Source of the DNA: Octopus sinensis | Taxonomy: Eukaryota | Direction: 5' to 3' | NCBI RefSeq assembly: GCF_006345805.1 | Contig: NC_043000.1 | Span: 154,318,001-154,382,000 of the forward strand | DNA length: 64,000 nucleotides | The notes under the pieces: model-generated | Seen by the model: only the letters and a program-made list of their open reading frames with translations | The model's database searches: none | Told to the model about the DNA's origin: nothing | Program-made: the position numbers and the translations under genes | Shown: piece by piece, positions 41,096 through 53,362 of the stretch | Numbering within the stretch: the first letter of the stretch is position 1 | Layout: each line of letters begins with the position of its first letter

Positions 41096-41477
41096 GGCGC
41101 AGGAGTGGCTGTGTGGTAAGTAGCTTGCTAAACAACCACATGGTTCCGGGTTCAGTCCCACTGCATGGCATCTTGGGCAAGTGTCTTCTGCTATAGCCCC
41201 GGGCCGACCAATGCCTTGTGAGTGGATTTGGTAGACGGAAACTGAAAGAAGCCTGTTGCGCGCGTGCGTGTGTGTGTGTCCCCCTAGCATTGCTCGACAA
41301 CCAATGCTGATGTGTTTACGTCCCCCGTAACTTAGCGGTTCAGCAAAAGAGACTGATAGAATAAGTACTTGGCTTACAAAAAATAAGTCCCGGGGTCGAT
41401 TTGCTCGACTAAAGGCGGTGCTCCAGCAAGGCCGCAGTCAAATGACTGAAACAAGTAAAAGAGAGTAAAGAGAGAGT
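41096..41477 (+). mobile_element. SINE family A
   Basis: Full-length copy with a short internal microsatellite. Confidence 0.88.
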
Positions 41478-42045
41478 GCCAAACAAAAAAACCTGTGGAA
41501 GTTAGATCGCATGCAATATCAAGTTCAAAAACCCCATGAGGGTAATTTTGCCTTTCATCTCTCCTATATCAATAAAATAAGGCACTAGTCAAATAGTAGG
41601 GTTGATTGCATTATACTCTTCCAAAATGTGTAGTTTTTCTACTTATGCCAGCTTTTTTTTTTTTTCTTTTAGTTGCTAACTCTTGATGGGGCAGTGCCCT
41701 TTAACATGACGTTTGCAAACCTACTGAGACTAGTGAACTTGATACTGCCAATGCTCCAGTTAAACTGTTGCAGATTAATATCTGCAGGTAAGACATTGAC
41801 AAGAAGAATATTCCAGATGGGTGGTATTTTGAGAAGGAAGGGCTGGATTATATAGCGACAATGTAGAAATAGTGGGGTTTAGACACCACAAGAGTAATGA
41901 GTATGGCAAGAGGAATAAGCCAGTGGGTATCTGAGTGGGAGCAGTACAAAACAAGCTAACTCTGAGGAACAGAAATCATACAAGTAGCAACAGAAAAGGC
42001 ATGGGTGATGGATGCCAGAATTACAGGAGAAATAATACCATACAG

Positions 42046-42243
42046 AAATATTAAATTTCTAAATCTCTCATAGATATGTACGGTGGTGGGGCGATAGAAT
42101 GGTTGTATACTGTCAATCTAACGTGAACGTGACAATAGGGGGTTACACCACCGCTGTTTAGCCCTAGGAAGCATCGACGCCTCTTGATGGCTTTGACACA
42201 TTTTTCCTGTGTCCTTATATACATTGACAGTATACAACCATTC
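42046..42243. mobile_element. Unclassified ~200-bp insertion with 13-bp TSD and an asymmetric internal inverted repeat
   Basis: TAATACCATACAG at 42033-42045 and 42244-42256; 23-bp inverted repeat at 42095-42117 / 42223-42245. Confidence 0.65.
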
Positions 42244-42705
42244 TAATACCATACAGTATTTTATTAAGTCTCTTTACAACTTGTGTTTATAGACAAGTAT
42301 GAATAAAAAAAAAATCACTTTATGACCGCATGATTCTTGGGCCAATCCTACTGTGCAAAACCACAAGCAAAGTAGCTCTAATACAGCTTTTGGTTGATCA
42401 ATGATTTTAAGTGGATTGTTGATAAGTGGAAACTGTATGTGCACTCACAATCTAAAAAAATTAAACAGAGTAGTTTAGCACATAAACCAGCCATATCAGG
42501 CCAAAATAGTCTTGTTTTATGCTGTAACTGGTTAGATGTGCATGGCCTCTCACACTTAGAATAACATCATCGAAATCTTGAAGCTACAGCTTGTTGCATA
42601 CTTAATTAAAAAACAATGGTCAGTGCCTTATTTCTCATAAATCAGAAATTTGACAAACAGTATTGATATGACCAAACTAACCAGCAAGAGTAAGGTCCAA
42701 TGACT

Positions 42706-42750
<45 letters not shown>

Positions 42751-42941
42751 CACACCATATTTGCATTCATTTTTCCATGCTAACATGGGTTGGACTTCTA
42801 CATTTAGCTTAGCATCTTGCCATTTATCTCAATACTTTGTCTTCTTCCACTTGCAAAGTTTAGCATTTTCACCTATCATCCTTCATATGCATCATGTGTC
42901 CAAACCAACAATCATCTTTGTTGCACACAACAACTGATATT

Positions 42942-43418
42942 ACAGTTCTATATTTAAGAGATGAGGAATTATGCACATTATTTACATTTGATGGATATTT
43001 GTCCTCTTTTTGGCTGATATACCCCCTCCAGCCTTCATCTGGTGTCTTGGAGAAATTTCAAACCTGGGTTCTCATACTTGAGGTATTTTTCGATATTATT
43101 ATTACTATTAATATTATTATTCAGGTCACTGCCTGGAATCAGCCTCGGAATCATGGGGTTAGTAGCTCGCACTCTTAACCACTACGCCATATGCCCATGG
43201 GCATATGGCAGAGTGGTTAAGAGCACAGGCAACTAACCCCAAGATTCCGAGGTCAATTCCAGGCAGTGACTTGAATAATATCGAAAAATACCTTAGGAAT
43301 GAGAACTCGGGTTCAAAATTTCCCCAAGATACCTGATGAAGGCTGGAGGGTATATCAGCCGAATCGTGTTAACAACAAACAAAATGAGGACAAATATCCG
43401 TCAAATGTAAATAATGTA
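42942..43418. mobile_element. Palindromic element: two head-to-head tRNA-like heads, each followed by a hammerhead-like core (Penelope-type non-autonomous element?)
   Basis: Exact palindrome centre GCCATATGCCCA|TGGGCATATGGC at 43197/43198; arms about 220 bp; A and B boxes; CTGATGA-A-GGCTG[10]CAGCC-GAAT at 43333-43364. Confidence 0.7.
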
Positions 43419-43924
43419 AATAATGAACAACGGATATCTTTAGAGGCTACTTTATCTTTTGGCAGCCCTTATGCTCAGTCATTTATGCCTGCTGATATTC
43501 CGTATCTGATAAAGCAAGCTCCATTTCTTTCCAGACTGGATTTTACCAAATAAAAATTTTTTTCCCTATTTTACTATGAAAAAATAAAAACATCGGAATT
43601 CAAGCGGGGAAATATAATCCATTCCAGTCAATGTTGATGTAACTGAAAAATAAAATCTACAAGGGTGTGTAACAGAATTTTTAAGCTGTAATATAGAACC
43701 TGAACCCCACCCAAAGCTAGGTACATGAAGTATATTTCTAAGAAGTGAAGAATAGGGAAGGGGGAAGGAACTGAACCAGCAGACAAAAAATATTTTGCAG
43801 TATTTGATTTCTTTCATCTCTGGTTCAAATCTGTCTTTCATATTTTCAGAAACAAAGTTGACTTTGACTATCCTTCAGTAGACTTTTTGCATTTGCAACA
43901 TTATTATTATTATTATTATTATTA

Positions 43925-44330
43925 TTAAGGCAGCAAGTAGGCAAAATTGTTAGTGCATTGGACAAAATACTTATTAGCATTTCTTCTAGTTCTTTGCACA
44001 TACAGTTCAAATTCTGTCAAGGTCAACTTTCATCATTCTGGGGTTGATAAAATAAATACCTGTTGAATACTGAAGTTAATGAAGCAACATCCTTCCCCAT
44101 CCTAAAATTGCTGGCCTTGTGCCAAAATCTTGAAGCCATTATTATTACTAGTAAGGCAGCAAGCTGGCAGAATTGTCCACATCCCATACAAAATGATCCA
44201 CAGCATCTTGTCTACATGTTCCAAAATTCTGCCACAATTGACATTGCCTTTCATCCTTTTGGAGTCAATTAAGTATCAGTTGAGTACAGGGGTTAATACA
44301 ATTAGATCCCCTCCCAAAATTTCAGGGAAT
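43925..44330 (+). mobile_element. Two adjacent, old family B (Nin-domain) SINE copies
   Basis: Degenerate AAGGCAGCAAG.TGGCAGAATTG...TTCAAATTCTG...GCCTTTCATCCTTTTGGAGTCAAT, present twice. Confidence 0.55.
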
Positions 44331-47300
44331 AAAACACTAAGATATTGAATCCTAAATATTAGTCTGGTCAGAATTTGAACTCAGAACAGTCATCGTTATT
44401 TGAACATCCACTTTTTTTGTGCTTGCATAGGCTAGAAGGAATTCTTTTGAAGCAGATTTTCTTTGAGCAGAAGCTCTTCCTATCAGTAAGTATCCTTCAG
44501 TTTCCAAGCAAGGTAATATTTTTCCAGAAGATTGGAAACTAACAATGCCACCTGTTAAGATGGAGACATTTACAACTCTGACAAAGACAAGGAGACACAA
44601 ATACACACATATATCTCACACATACACACACACGACAGGTTCTTTCAGTTTCTGTCTTCCAAACCTGAAGGGCATTTGTTGGCCTGAAGCTATAGTATAC
44701 CGATGCTATGCAAAGTGACATAACCAAATACTATATTGCATGTCACATGTTCTACTGATACTCCCAATCCATTCCCTCATAACTGTATACTCCCCCTCTT
44801 CAATGCTGAAATTAAAGAGAAACCAGTTAACCATACATCCATCTCACCAAACATAACCCATAAGGCTAACTAGACCATTCCCTTTCCACATCTGAAATGC
44901 TCATAATTCTCTGAACTTAAAATTGGCACGATAACTATTGCTAGAACATTGCATTAAAATTTTTCTAAAGTTTAGCAACGTATTTCATTTTTCATGAACC
45001 AGAAACATACCAGTAATATATTGAGTTACAATATCCTGTTGATAGCAAGCTACATGAGACAACTTCTGGTCCTACAACAAAAATTTTGGTTGTATTGACG
45101 TATTCATATTTCAATTTAAAAACTTCCATTATAATATTGAAAACTTTTGTGATCAACATTAGTTGAAAAATAAAATTCAGGAATCCCCTCTAAATTCTAA
45201 ATTTCAAGGTTCAAAACTTTTAAAATAAAAATATGGTCATGGAAAGTTTAAGATCATATCAACTGAAGCAACAGGTTATATATATATATATATCAAGCAA
45301 TGCTTAACATTAAACTACAGTTATATTGGAGACAGAGGGGTAAGAGAGCATATGGGAGTTGATTGTACAAAAATGAACTGAATATAATTCGATATCATAA
45401 CTAAGTAACACTATAACAATTGCAATATAAAGTTACTCTGATGCAAAATATTCTATTTTTAAAAAATTTAATTTTAGAAACAAAACTTAATTTTACTTAT
45501 TTTCAACAACTTAATTCTATTCAAAATAACTATTTAATCTGGTCTTTCTTTTAATTATACAACGCATAAACAAATGATTGCATGTATCCAAAAAAATCCA
45601 CATCTGAGGAACACAAAGGGTAACCAATCAAATTCACACACACACACACAATTATTATTGTAATCAAAACCCAATTTCAATTCCAAATACACTATCACTA
45701 CAAAAGTGTGTGCTCCCATACATGCATTTGGTTGTCGGTCATTGTAAAATAAACTAAAATCAGCAAATATCATTAGCTGAAAAAAGAATTACTATTACAA
45801 AGCTGATTAAAATCTTATTCAAAATAACTGTCTTCTAAGTAATCAAAACAGCTTTGTCAAACAGTGAACAAAACTAAAAGTAAAAGAGATGAGAAATAAT
45901 AGGAAATAAGCTTTACTAAAAGAGAAAGGAGCTAAACAATGGTAAAAGAATCTTGAAAAACTTGAATTGAGTAGAATCAATGTATTAGAAAGAATCCAGC
46001 AATTTAAATTAAAATCACTATAAAAAATATAAGTGGAAAAATATTCAACACCTATATACAAATAAACATGTTATTTATAAGCAGGTACACAAATACACCA
46101 TTTTATGTTAAGGCTTTATAGCTTGCTGGATCTTTTCAAATCATCCAGCACACACCAGCATGGAAAACAGGTCTGATGATGATGATGATTTTCAGATGTA
46201 GATTTATTTGAATACGTGCGTGTGATTTTATCTTTATATAAAATGTTCCATTTATAGATATATAATGTTCCAAAATGTAAGTACATAACTACCACCTGTT
46301 CTCCACCAGTCACTGTATGTACCTCACCTCTGCCACTCAAAACACTCCACCCTGCTCTCCTTTCCCCAGAATTGCAGCACTCTCACATTTCTGCTCCACC
46401 CATACTTTTCCTGCAAACAGTGGCCTATATAGGTTCCAACAGCATAAATCTCACCAGTCTCAGAATTTGCAAAGGTCGTGGGCACTGTTGTTACTCAAAG
46501 ATTTTTTTTTTTTCCTTTTAAATAAGACAAATTTTTATAGATCTGATTACGGTTATCTTTTATCGCTGCACTAAGAAATAGTTACCAAGCATATTAGAGT
46601 TTAGTAACTTTTGACAGAGTAAAGTCGAGCATATTGTGTTGTCTATTTAAAGCTACAGAAATGAGGTTAAGACAAATTTATAAGGAAATTACAGATCAAC
46701 TACAACCTCCCATACAAGTGACACTGAAGAGTTGAAAAAAAAAAAAAAAAGGGGGGGAGTGATTAAAAAATAGTTCCCTGTCATAAAAGGTCCAAAAGTA
46801 TCAATTTGTGTGTGCCTGCACACAAGGAGATAAGGGACAAAAGAAAAAAAAAATTAATGACAGATCAGATAACTGACATCAAAAGATGAAGTGGCAAGCC
46901 ATTATAGAAAATTATGGGAAATGTGGATGCAAGAAAATATATAATCCAAACAATCGGTACAAAAGAAGTATGAATGCAATAATAGTGTGAGGGAGGTTGA
47001 ACAAACATCAGCGAGCAAAATTTTTCAGCATTGGTTTCAAGCAAAAATAGCTGACACACCTACATTTCTCACAAGTTAAATGCAAATCTAGGCATGCTTG
47101 GGAAAAATAGAAAGCAAAACGAAATTTTCTTGATTTACTGGCATTACACAAATACTGAGCAGTTGCACTTTCATGACAGAACTAGTTGGAATATAAAAGA
47201 TCAGAGAAGCAGAGAAAAAAAAAAAACAAAAGAACTTTCAGTCCAAACTTACTGAAATTACAAGAGGAGGGAGGGTTTTCAGAACAAACTATAAGTGGAA

Positions 47301-47549
47301 AGTACTTCCAACAAAATATATAACAATTAACAGCAGGGTTGTTAATGTTAAGAGTGAGGAAACTGTGTCTAGAGAGTCAGTTAAGATAACAAACTAAATA
47401 GGCCACCACAGCATACAAATGTGGAAGTATTGTCTTTGCAACAAATGTTTTTGATTAATGCTTTATAGCTAGGTCTGTAAAAAAAACCTTACACTGGCAT
47501 TGAGTTTGGAACTTTTTTGATATATGATACTTGTTTCAAGCTGGCTTAA

Positions 47550-47981
47550 CCCTTTTGTGTTCAGATTACTCTGTTAAATGTAATACTTTTTCACTCAAAT
47601 TGTTTTGAATTAATCATGCATTATCTTATAGCTTTGAGGTTTCAATGATGTGATTGTCTATTTTTAGAATGTCAGTGTAGGTTAGGTGTAAGAGGCTGGA
47701 TCTGGCCAGTTTGAATATAAAACATGTGGAATATCTGGGCCAGATATGGCCGGTTTAAACACTAAAGGGTTAACTCTTTAGCATACAGATTTCTCTGTCA
47801 AATTTAATACTTCTTTATTCACAAAGTTTCGAATTAATCTCAGAGCTTTGAGATTTTGATGCGATTGTTTATTTTTACGACGACATTGTCAGGTAGATGT
47901 GATAAGTAGAATCTGTTCATTTCAAACATAAGACAGGTGGAATATTTGGGCTGGATATTGCCAGTTTTAAATGCAAAAGGG
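47550..47981. mobile_element. Two tandem piggyBac-like MITEs sharing a central TTAA
   Basis: TTAA at 47546, 47770 and 47982 bound two copies of the 15-234 element. Confidence 0.75.
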
Positions 47982-49270
47982 TTAAGAACTTTACTTCCCA
48001 ACAACATGGTTTCAGCTTTAGTACGACTGCATGGCACCTTAGCCTAGTGTCTTCTAATATAGTTCTTGGGCTAACCAAAGCCTTGTGAGCGAACTTGGAA
48101 GAACTGATTTAAATATGTGTTTTTGTCTCCTTACCTTGACACCATGTGAGTGTAGTAGTAAACAAGCGTCACCACCATGTTAAGAGAGTCCATTTCCAAT
48201 CTACCATGAAAACATGTCTGGTCGTGGCTAAAATAACTTTACTTGGAAAGAGGAAGGTTGATAACGGGAAGGACATCCAGTCATAGAAAATCCACCTCAA
48301 CAAATTCCAGCCACTTTGTGGGCAAGGAAAAGTGGATGTTAAAAATGATATATATAAACCTCAAATATTCTTTTGTGTATAAATTTTCACGATATTTTTC
48401 ACAAAATTATTAACATCCTTGAACAAACAGAAACAGTGTCAATAAGCTAAGAAGTTGACAGCTTTTAACTTGAAAACAGCAAAGTCTCTTGTTCATGGTC
48501 AACAGGTAATTTCCAGTAACCTAATTTAAGTAGTGCAGATATATTGAATCACAGTAACACTGCAATCATTGATAAGGAATGAGTTAATTTGTTTAATATC
48601 AGTTGTCTTAGTATTTTACGAGGTCCCTTGTACTGCATCTGTTCTGTTTTTGGACTTTAGAATACACAATGTGTGTGAATTATTAAAGTTTTCACATAAA
48701 TGCTTGAAATATTTGAAATATGGACATGCACATACATTTCTACTAACATCATCTAAATATCAAGAAAAATTTATTTCTAGACAGCTGAATTATTAAGATG
48801 GGCATCGCATTTGATGCAGAGAAATTTGATATGACTTGAAACAAGTTTCTACAGAAAAGTTTACGAATTCAAATCAGTCTAAGAAAACAGTTTAAGCAGT
48901 TTACATAACTAATCAAAGTTTTATAGAAATAAAGAATTTGAGTGATAAAGTATTTAAGTATTTAAAAACAAAGGTTAACAGAATAAGAAATAGTATGAAG
49001 GTAAACAGATTAAATTCTATATCTCAAAAAACTAAGGATGTCTTCCCAAAAGCTAACATTCACAGTAAACAAAGCAAATGTTATCTTTGTGATAAAGACA
49101 ACAACCAATACAACATCCAAAGGCAAGTCAGTTTCAACAAACACTAAAATAAGTAGCCATATTGAAACCAGAATTTCTTAAGTAGATTATGTTAGATGAG
49201 AAGGCATATGTTAAGATAAAACTGGATCAAGAATTACTTAAAATACAAGAGACATTCTAATAAAGTCTTA

Positions 49271-49675
49271 GGATCTTTGCGGTTTGAACGGCAGATTTTT
49301 AAAATAATTTCCATGTAACTAAACACTTTTAAACTTCGTATACTGGTAGAATGTGTTTATAAACACATCTTTTTCTCTTGGCTTAATTGAGAAAATTCTA
49401 TAGTTTGTAAGATATTTGTTCTTCAATTTCTGCAATTTCAACCAATCAATGACGTCTATTGAGGTGAAAACATTCTGTGCCATATGAAAATGTCCCTCGC
49501 TTAAGAAACAGATTGGGTTTATTTACATTTCTGAAGAAAAAAAAGATACCCTTCCCCCCACCCCAAACCAACCCTAAAACAGATTGAAATGCAATAGATC
49601 AATACTAGGGTCATAATTATGGGTGACAATTTCATGACACCACTAGAAAAACTGCCGTTCAAACCGAAAAGATCC
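49271..49675. mobile_element. MITE with GGATCT termini and 8-bp TSD (Merlin-like)
   Basis: TIR GGATCTTTGCGGTTTGAACGGCAG / CTGCCGTTCAAACCGAAAAGATCC; TSD AAGTCTTA / AAGTCTTG. Confidence 0.75.
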
Positions 49676-50228
49676 AAGTCTTGTACTAGAGAGACTAGAA
49701 GACATGAAAGAAAATTAAGATGAAGAACTCTTTCTAAGATAGGTTTATATTTTTACTGCTTAATTTCATATTGCAGTTAGTGAACAGTGTTGTTGGTTAC
49801 AAGTTTGAAACAGGTTAATCAGTGGTCCCTGCATTTCTTACAACAAGACTGATAAAGAAGTGTTAGTAACTTGGTGCAGAGCAAATATCTGAAAGGATTT
49901 CATCCTTAAGCATTCAATTTTCTTACCAATGTTTACAATTTTTGCTGATTATATCAACCTAAATCTATGTTAGAAGCTATGTTCCAAAGTGGAATCAAAC
50001 CTAGAACCATGTGGTTGTGAAGTACACTAAACCACATAACCATGCCTGAAACTCATGAAGAGGAACAAGTCATGCGAAATGTTTGCAATTCAAATGGGGA
50101 CACAAACAAAAATGCTAAAGTTTTTTATATTTTCAGTGTAACTTACACATGAAATTTCGCTTTTTGTATGTGGTTTGCAAGATTCTTTATGTGAATTCGT
50201 GTGTTGAAGCATATTTTATTGTCTAGAG

Positions 50229-50429
50229 CAGTGCTTTTCAAACCTTTTGCTGGAGCAGAACCCCAAGGAAACATTTCACTGGCTTGAGGAACCCCTGTAC
50301 AATAATTTAATAGTCTTATGCACACATATCTGCACAGGAGACTTAAAAATTACTGCTGATTTTAGCAGTTTTGTAACTTCTTGCGGAACCCCTGGACTGT
50401 ACTGGTGGAACCCTGGTTGAAAACCACTG
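50229..50429. mobile_element. hAT-Charlie MITE
   Basis: TIR CAGTGCTTTTCAAACC / GGTTGAAAACCACTG; perfect 8-bp TSD GTCTAGAG matching the Charlie NTCTAGAN target. Confidence 0.85.
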
Positions 50430-50434
50430 GTCTA

Positions 50435-50673
50435 GAGAGTCATTCTCTTTTAGTGCCTTATTACTTTAACACACTCACTGATCTGATTTCCACTCATTAA
50501 CTTGTTATTTTTTACTAAAATTTTAATTTTGACTTGCAACCTTTTCAATAGCTGACTACTGAAAAGGTTGCAAGTCGTAATGAAAATTTTAGTAAAAAAT
50601 AATAAGTAAATGAGTGGAAATTAGACTGGTGAGTGTGTTAAATTAATAAGGCACTAAAAGAGAAATGACTCTC
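50435..50673. repeat. Foldback hairpin (~115-bp arms, almost no loop), probably an old MITE
   Basis: GAGAGTCATTCTCTTTTAGTGCCTTATT...GACTTGCAACCTTTTCA / TGAAAAGGTTGCAAGTC...AATAAGGCACTAAAAGAGAAATGACTCTC. Confidence 0.8.
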
Positions 50674-51437
50674 CCCAAACAAATTCACACATGAAAGTAT
50701 AACTGACAATATATCAGTTACAAAAAGAACCGATTCCTAGTGTCACACTGCTTCAATTCAAGGGAAATAGTTTGTGTAGTGTATGTTGCAAGGTTTGGTA
50801 ATGCATGCTATGTGTTTTATAAAATAAAATAAACTTCCTCAACCACCTTTCATCTTAATTTATCTAGTCATGATGGGATGCAATTTTAACACTTTTTTTT
50901 AATAGAATGCATTTGGAGAAGTGACATCACCTAGATTTGAGAAAAAGTATTTATTCCTGCAAAGCATAGACATGACTTTTCTAAGACAGAATGGTAAATT
51001 TTCATAGCAAAGAGAGAAGATTACATTTTATGTACTTTGTGCACAAAAATTCAAAGCAATATGCACACAGTTTCGGCCTTCCAAACACTTAATCACTTGA
51101 CAAAATGTACTGGATGTTTTTTTTCTTCTTTTCATGGCACCAGCACTAATGAAGTTTTCTTGCAACAAGAAGGGACTAAAGATCATATCCATACACATGA
51201 AGGGCTCTCGTACAATTTCCCCTCAACCACTTTCACTCCTAAGACATTCATCTGCCCACGATGGAAACTCAAAACTTCATTATTATAAAGTCATACTGTC
51301 CCATAAGGCTGGGAACAAAATTCTGGTTTCTGTAGCCTTGAGCAAATGAGATGACTTGGACAGAATAGTAGTCACGAAGAACAAGTAACTTTAGCGGTAG
51401 CTGTAATAATGTCATACAGCTAAGTTATCTAAGGTTA

Positions 51438-51815
51438 TCATCATCATCATTTAATGTCCGCTTTCCATGCTAGCATGGGTTGGACGGTTCAATTGGGGTC
51501 TGGGAAGCCAGAAGGCTGCACCAGGCCCAGTCTGATCTGGCAGTGTTTCTACAGCTGGATGCCCTTCCTAACGCCAACCACTCCATGAGTATAGTGGGTG
51601 CTTTTTACGTGCCACCGGCACAGGTGCCAGACAAGGCTGGCAAACGGCCACGATCGGATGGTGCTTTTTATGTGCCACCGGCACGGGGACCAGACGAAGC
51701 TGGCAACAGCCACGGTCGGATGGTGCTTTTTACGTGCCACCGGCACGGAGGCCAGTCGGACGGCGCTGGCTACGGTCACATTCGAATGGTTCTATTACGT
51801 GCCACCAGCACTGGT
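51438..51815 (-). mobile_element. Family E retroposon with four tandem modules
   Basis: Same core; the longest module array in the window. Confidence 0.75.
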
Positions 51816-52723
51816 ATCAGATTCACTGATAGAATAAATTTTTCTGTGCAGACACATTCTAAAACAACTGCAGTGGGTCTAATCCCAACTGAATCTATCT
51901 TGATAGAGAAATTGAATAATTTGAATCAAAAGATAATCCCTTTTACAATAAAAAGCTTCAGTTATGCCTTTATGAAGTACTTATATTTAGCCCCAGATCA
52001 GCCCTAATCCAGAAGGCTAATGATCAAAAGCTATGATTATATCTTACTTTCAGACAAAGTATATCAAGAACTACACTATACAATGTAATCTACCTTTTAC
52101 TAAAGATGATAGTGTGTGGTTTCAAAGAGATTTGGCTACTATTTTGCTTTTTCTAAAAGGGCAAGCAACTACATAATGACTCTCTCAGTGGCTTGTATTG
52201 TCATGTGTGATACGGTTGACAGCAATAATACCTCAAATCTGGAAGATATTACTTCCCTACAAGTATTCTTCTGGAGGAATGTTAAATTACTAACAAATTA
52301 TTCAAGTGTGAAATGTAGCTGAGAAAGTTTCGACAGAGCACATTTGTTTTGAGGCTATGTATATTCAATTATATGTTTGTTTTTTTTCCTTATTTGCAAG
52401 CTTTCCAAGACTGCTGTGATTAACATAGAAAACAGTACTCTAGAACATTTTGCAATTCAAAGGCTGCAGAAAAAAAGATGTACAAGGAGAAACTCCAGAG
52501 GAACGGCATTCTGAGAAGGAAAAACAAGGAAGACAAATGGAGTGGACACAATATGAATAAAGATAAGCAAGACCACTGAGTCAAGAATGCTTGTGGTACA
52601 CATCCAGAGAGAAGAGGCTACTCTAATAGCAGTAGAAAAAGTAGCATGTTGGCCAGAATACGAAGTGTGTTGATAAACAACTTCATACCATAGGAAGTCT
52701 ATCACAATATAAAATAATCTTGT

Positions 52724-52943
52724 CTTTTTCGTTACCATATTTATTTTGAGATGCTCTGTGTTTCTTTCAACTACTTTAAATATAACAAAGAATTTAGTAA
52801 AATAACTTAGTTATCATTCAGCTAGTGTTAGAACATAAATTGTGACTAAGGTTTGGTGGAAGATCTTAATACAAAGCCTATGAAAACAAGACAGTTGTAC
52901 TACAGAGCAAGTGGCGGTTTCAGCCGAGTTGGTAACGAAAGGG
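52724..52943. mobile_element. piggyBac-like MITE, second family
   Basis: TTTCGTTACCA ... TGGTAACGAAAGGG|TTAA; the left end is eroded. Confidence 0.55.
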
Positions 52944-53139
52944 TTAAACATGTAGTCTGTTACGTGCATGTATTTAGTTTTGGCAAAAAAAAACCCTTAT
53001 CTCAAAACAGAGAAATCAGAAAGGTAACAACTCTGGACATTTACTTGCTATCACCATTAGCTTGGATTAAAATGGAAAGTCATTCAAGATGTTCTTTCGT
53101 TTTGCAGACATCTCTTTTACTGGAAAGATCTACTTATTC

Positions 53140-53362
53140 ACATCATCATCATCGTTTAACGTCTGCTTTCCATGCTAGCATGGGTTGGACGGTTCAACTG
53201 TGAAGCCAGAAGGCTGCACCAGGCTCTAGTCTGATTTGGCAGTGTTTCTACAGCTGGATGCCCTTCTTAACGCCAACCACTCCGTGAGTGTAGTGGGTGC
53301 TTTTTATATGCCACCAACACAGGTGCCAGACGAGGCTGGCGAACGGCCACGCTCAGATAGTG
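53140..53362 (-). mobile_element. Family E retroposon
   Basis: Same core, one module. Confidence 0.7.

Noticed and set aside
745-41300. Recurrent ORFs such as QASFSFRLPNPLTRHWSARGYSRRHLPK and TTDAGVFTSPSLSGSAKETDR
   Set aside because: Translations of SINE family A copies, not a gene family.
43199-43271. Functional tRNA gene
   Set aside because: The acceptor and T stems do not pair properly and the two arms diverge; treated as a tRNA-derived head.
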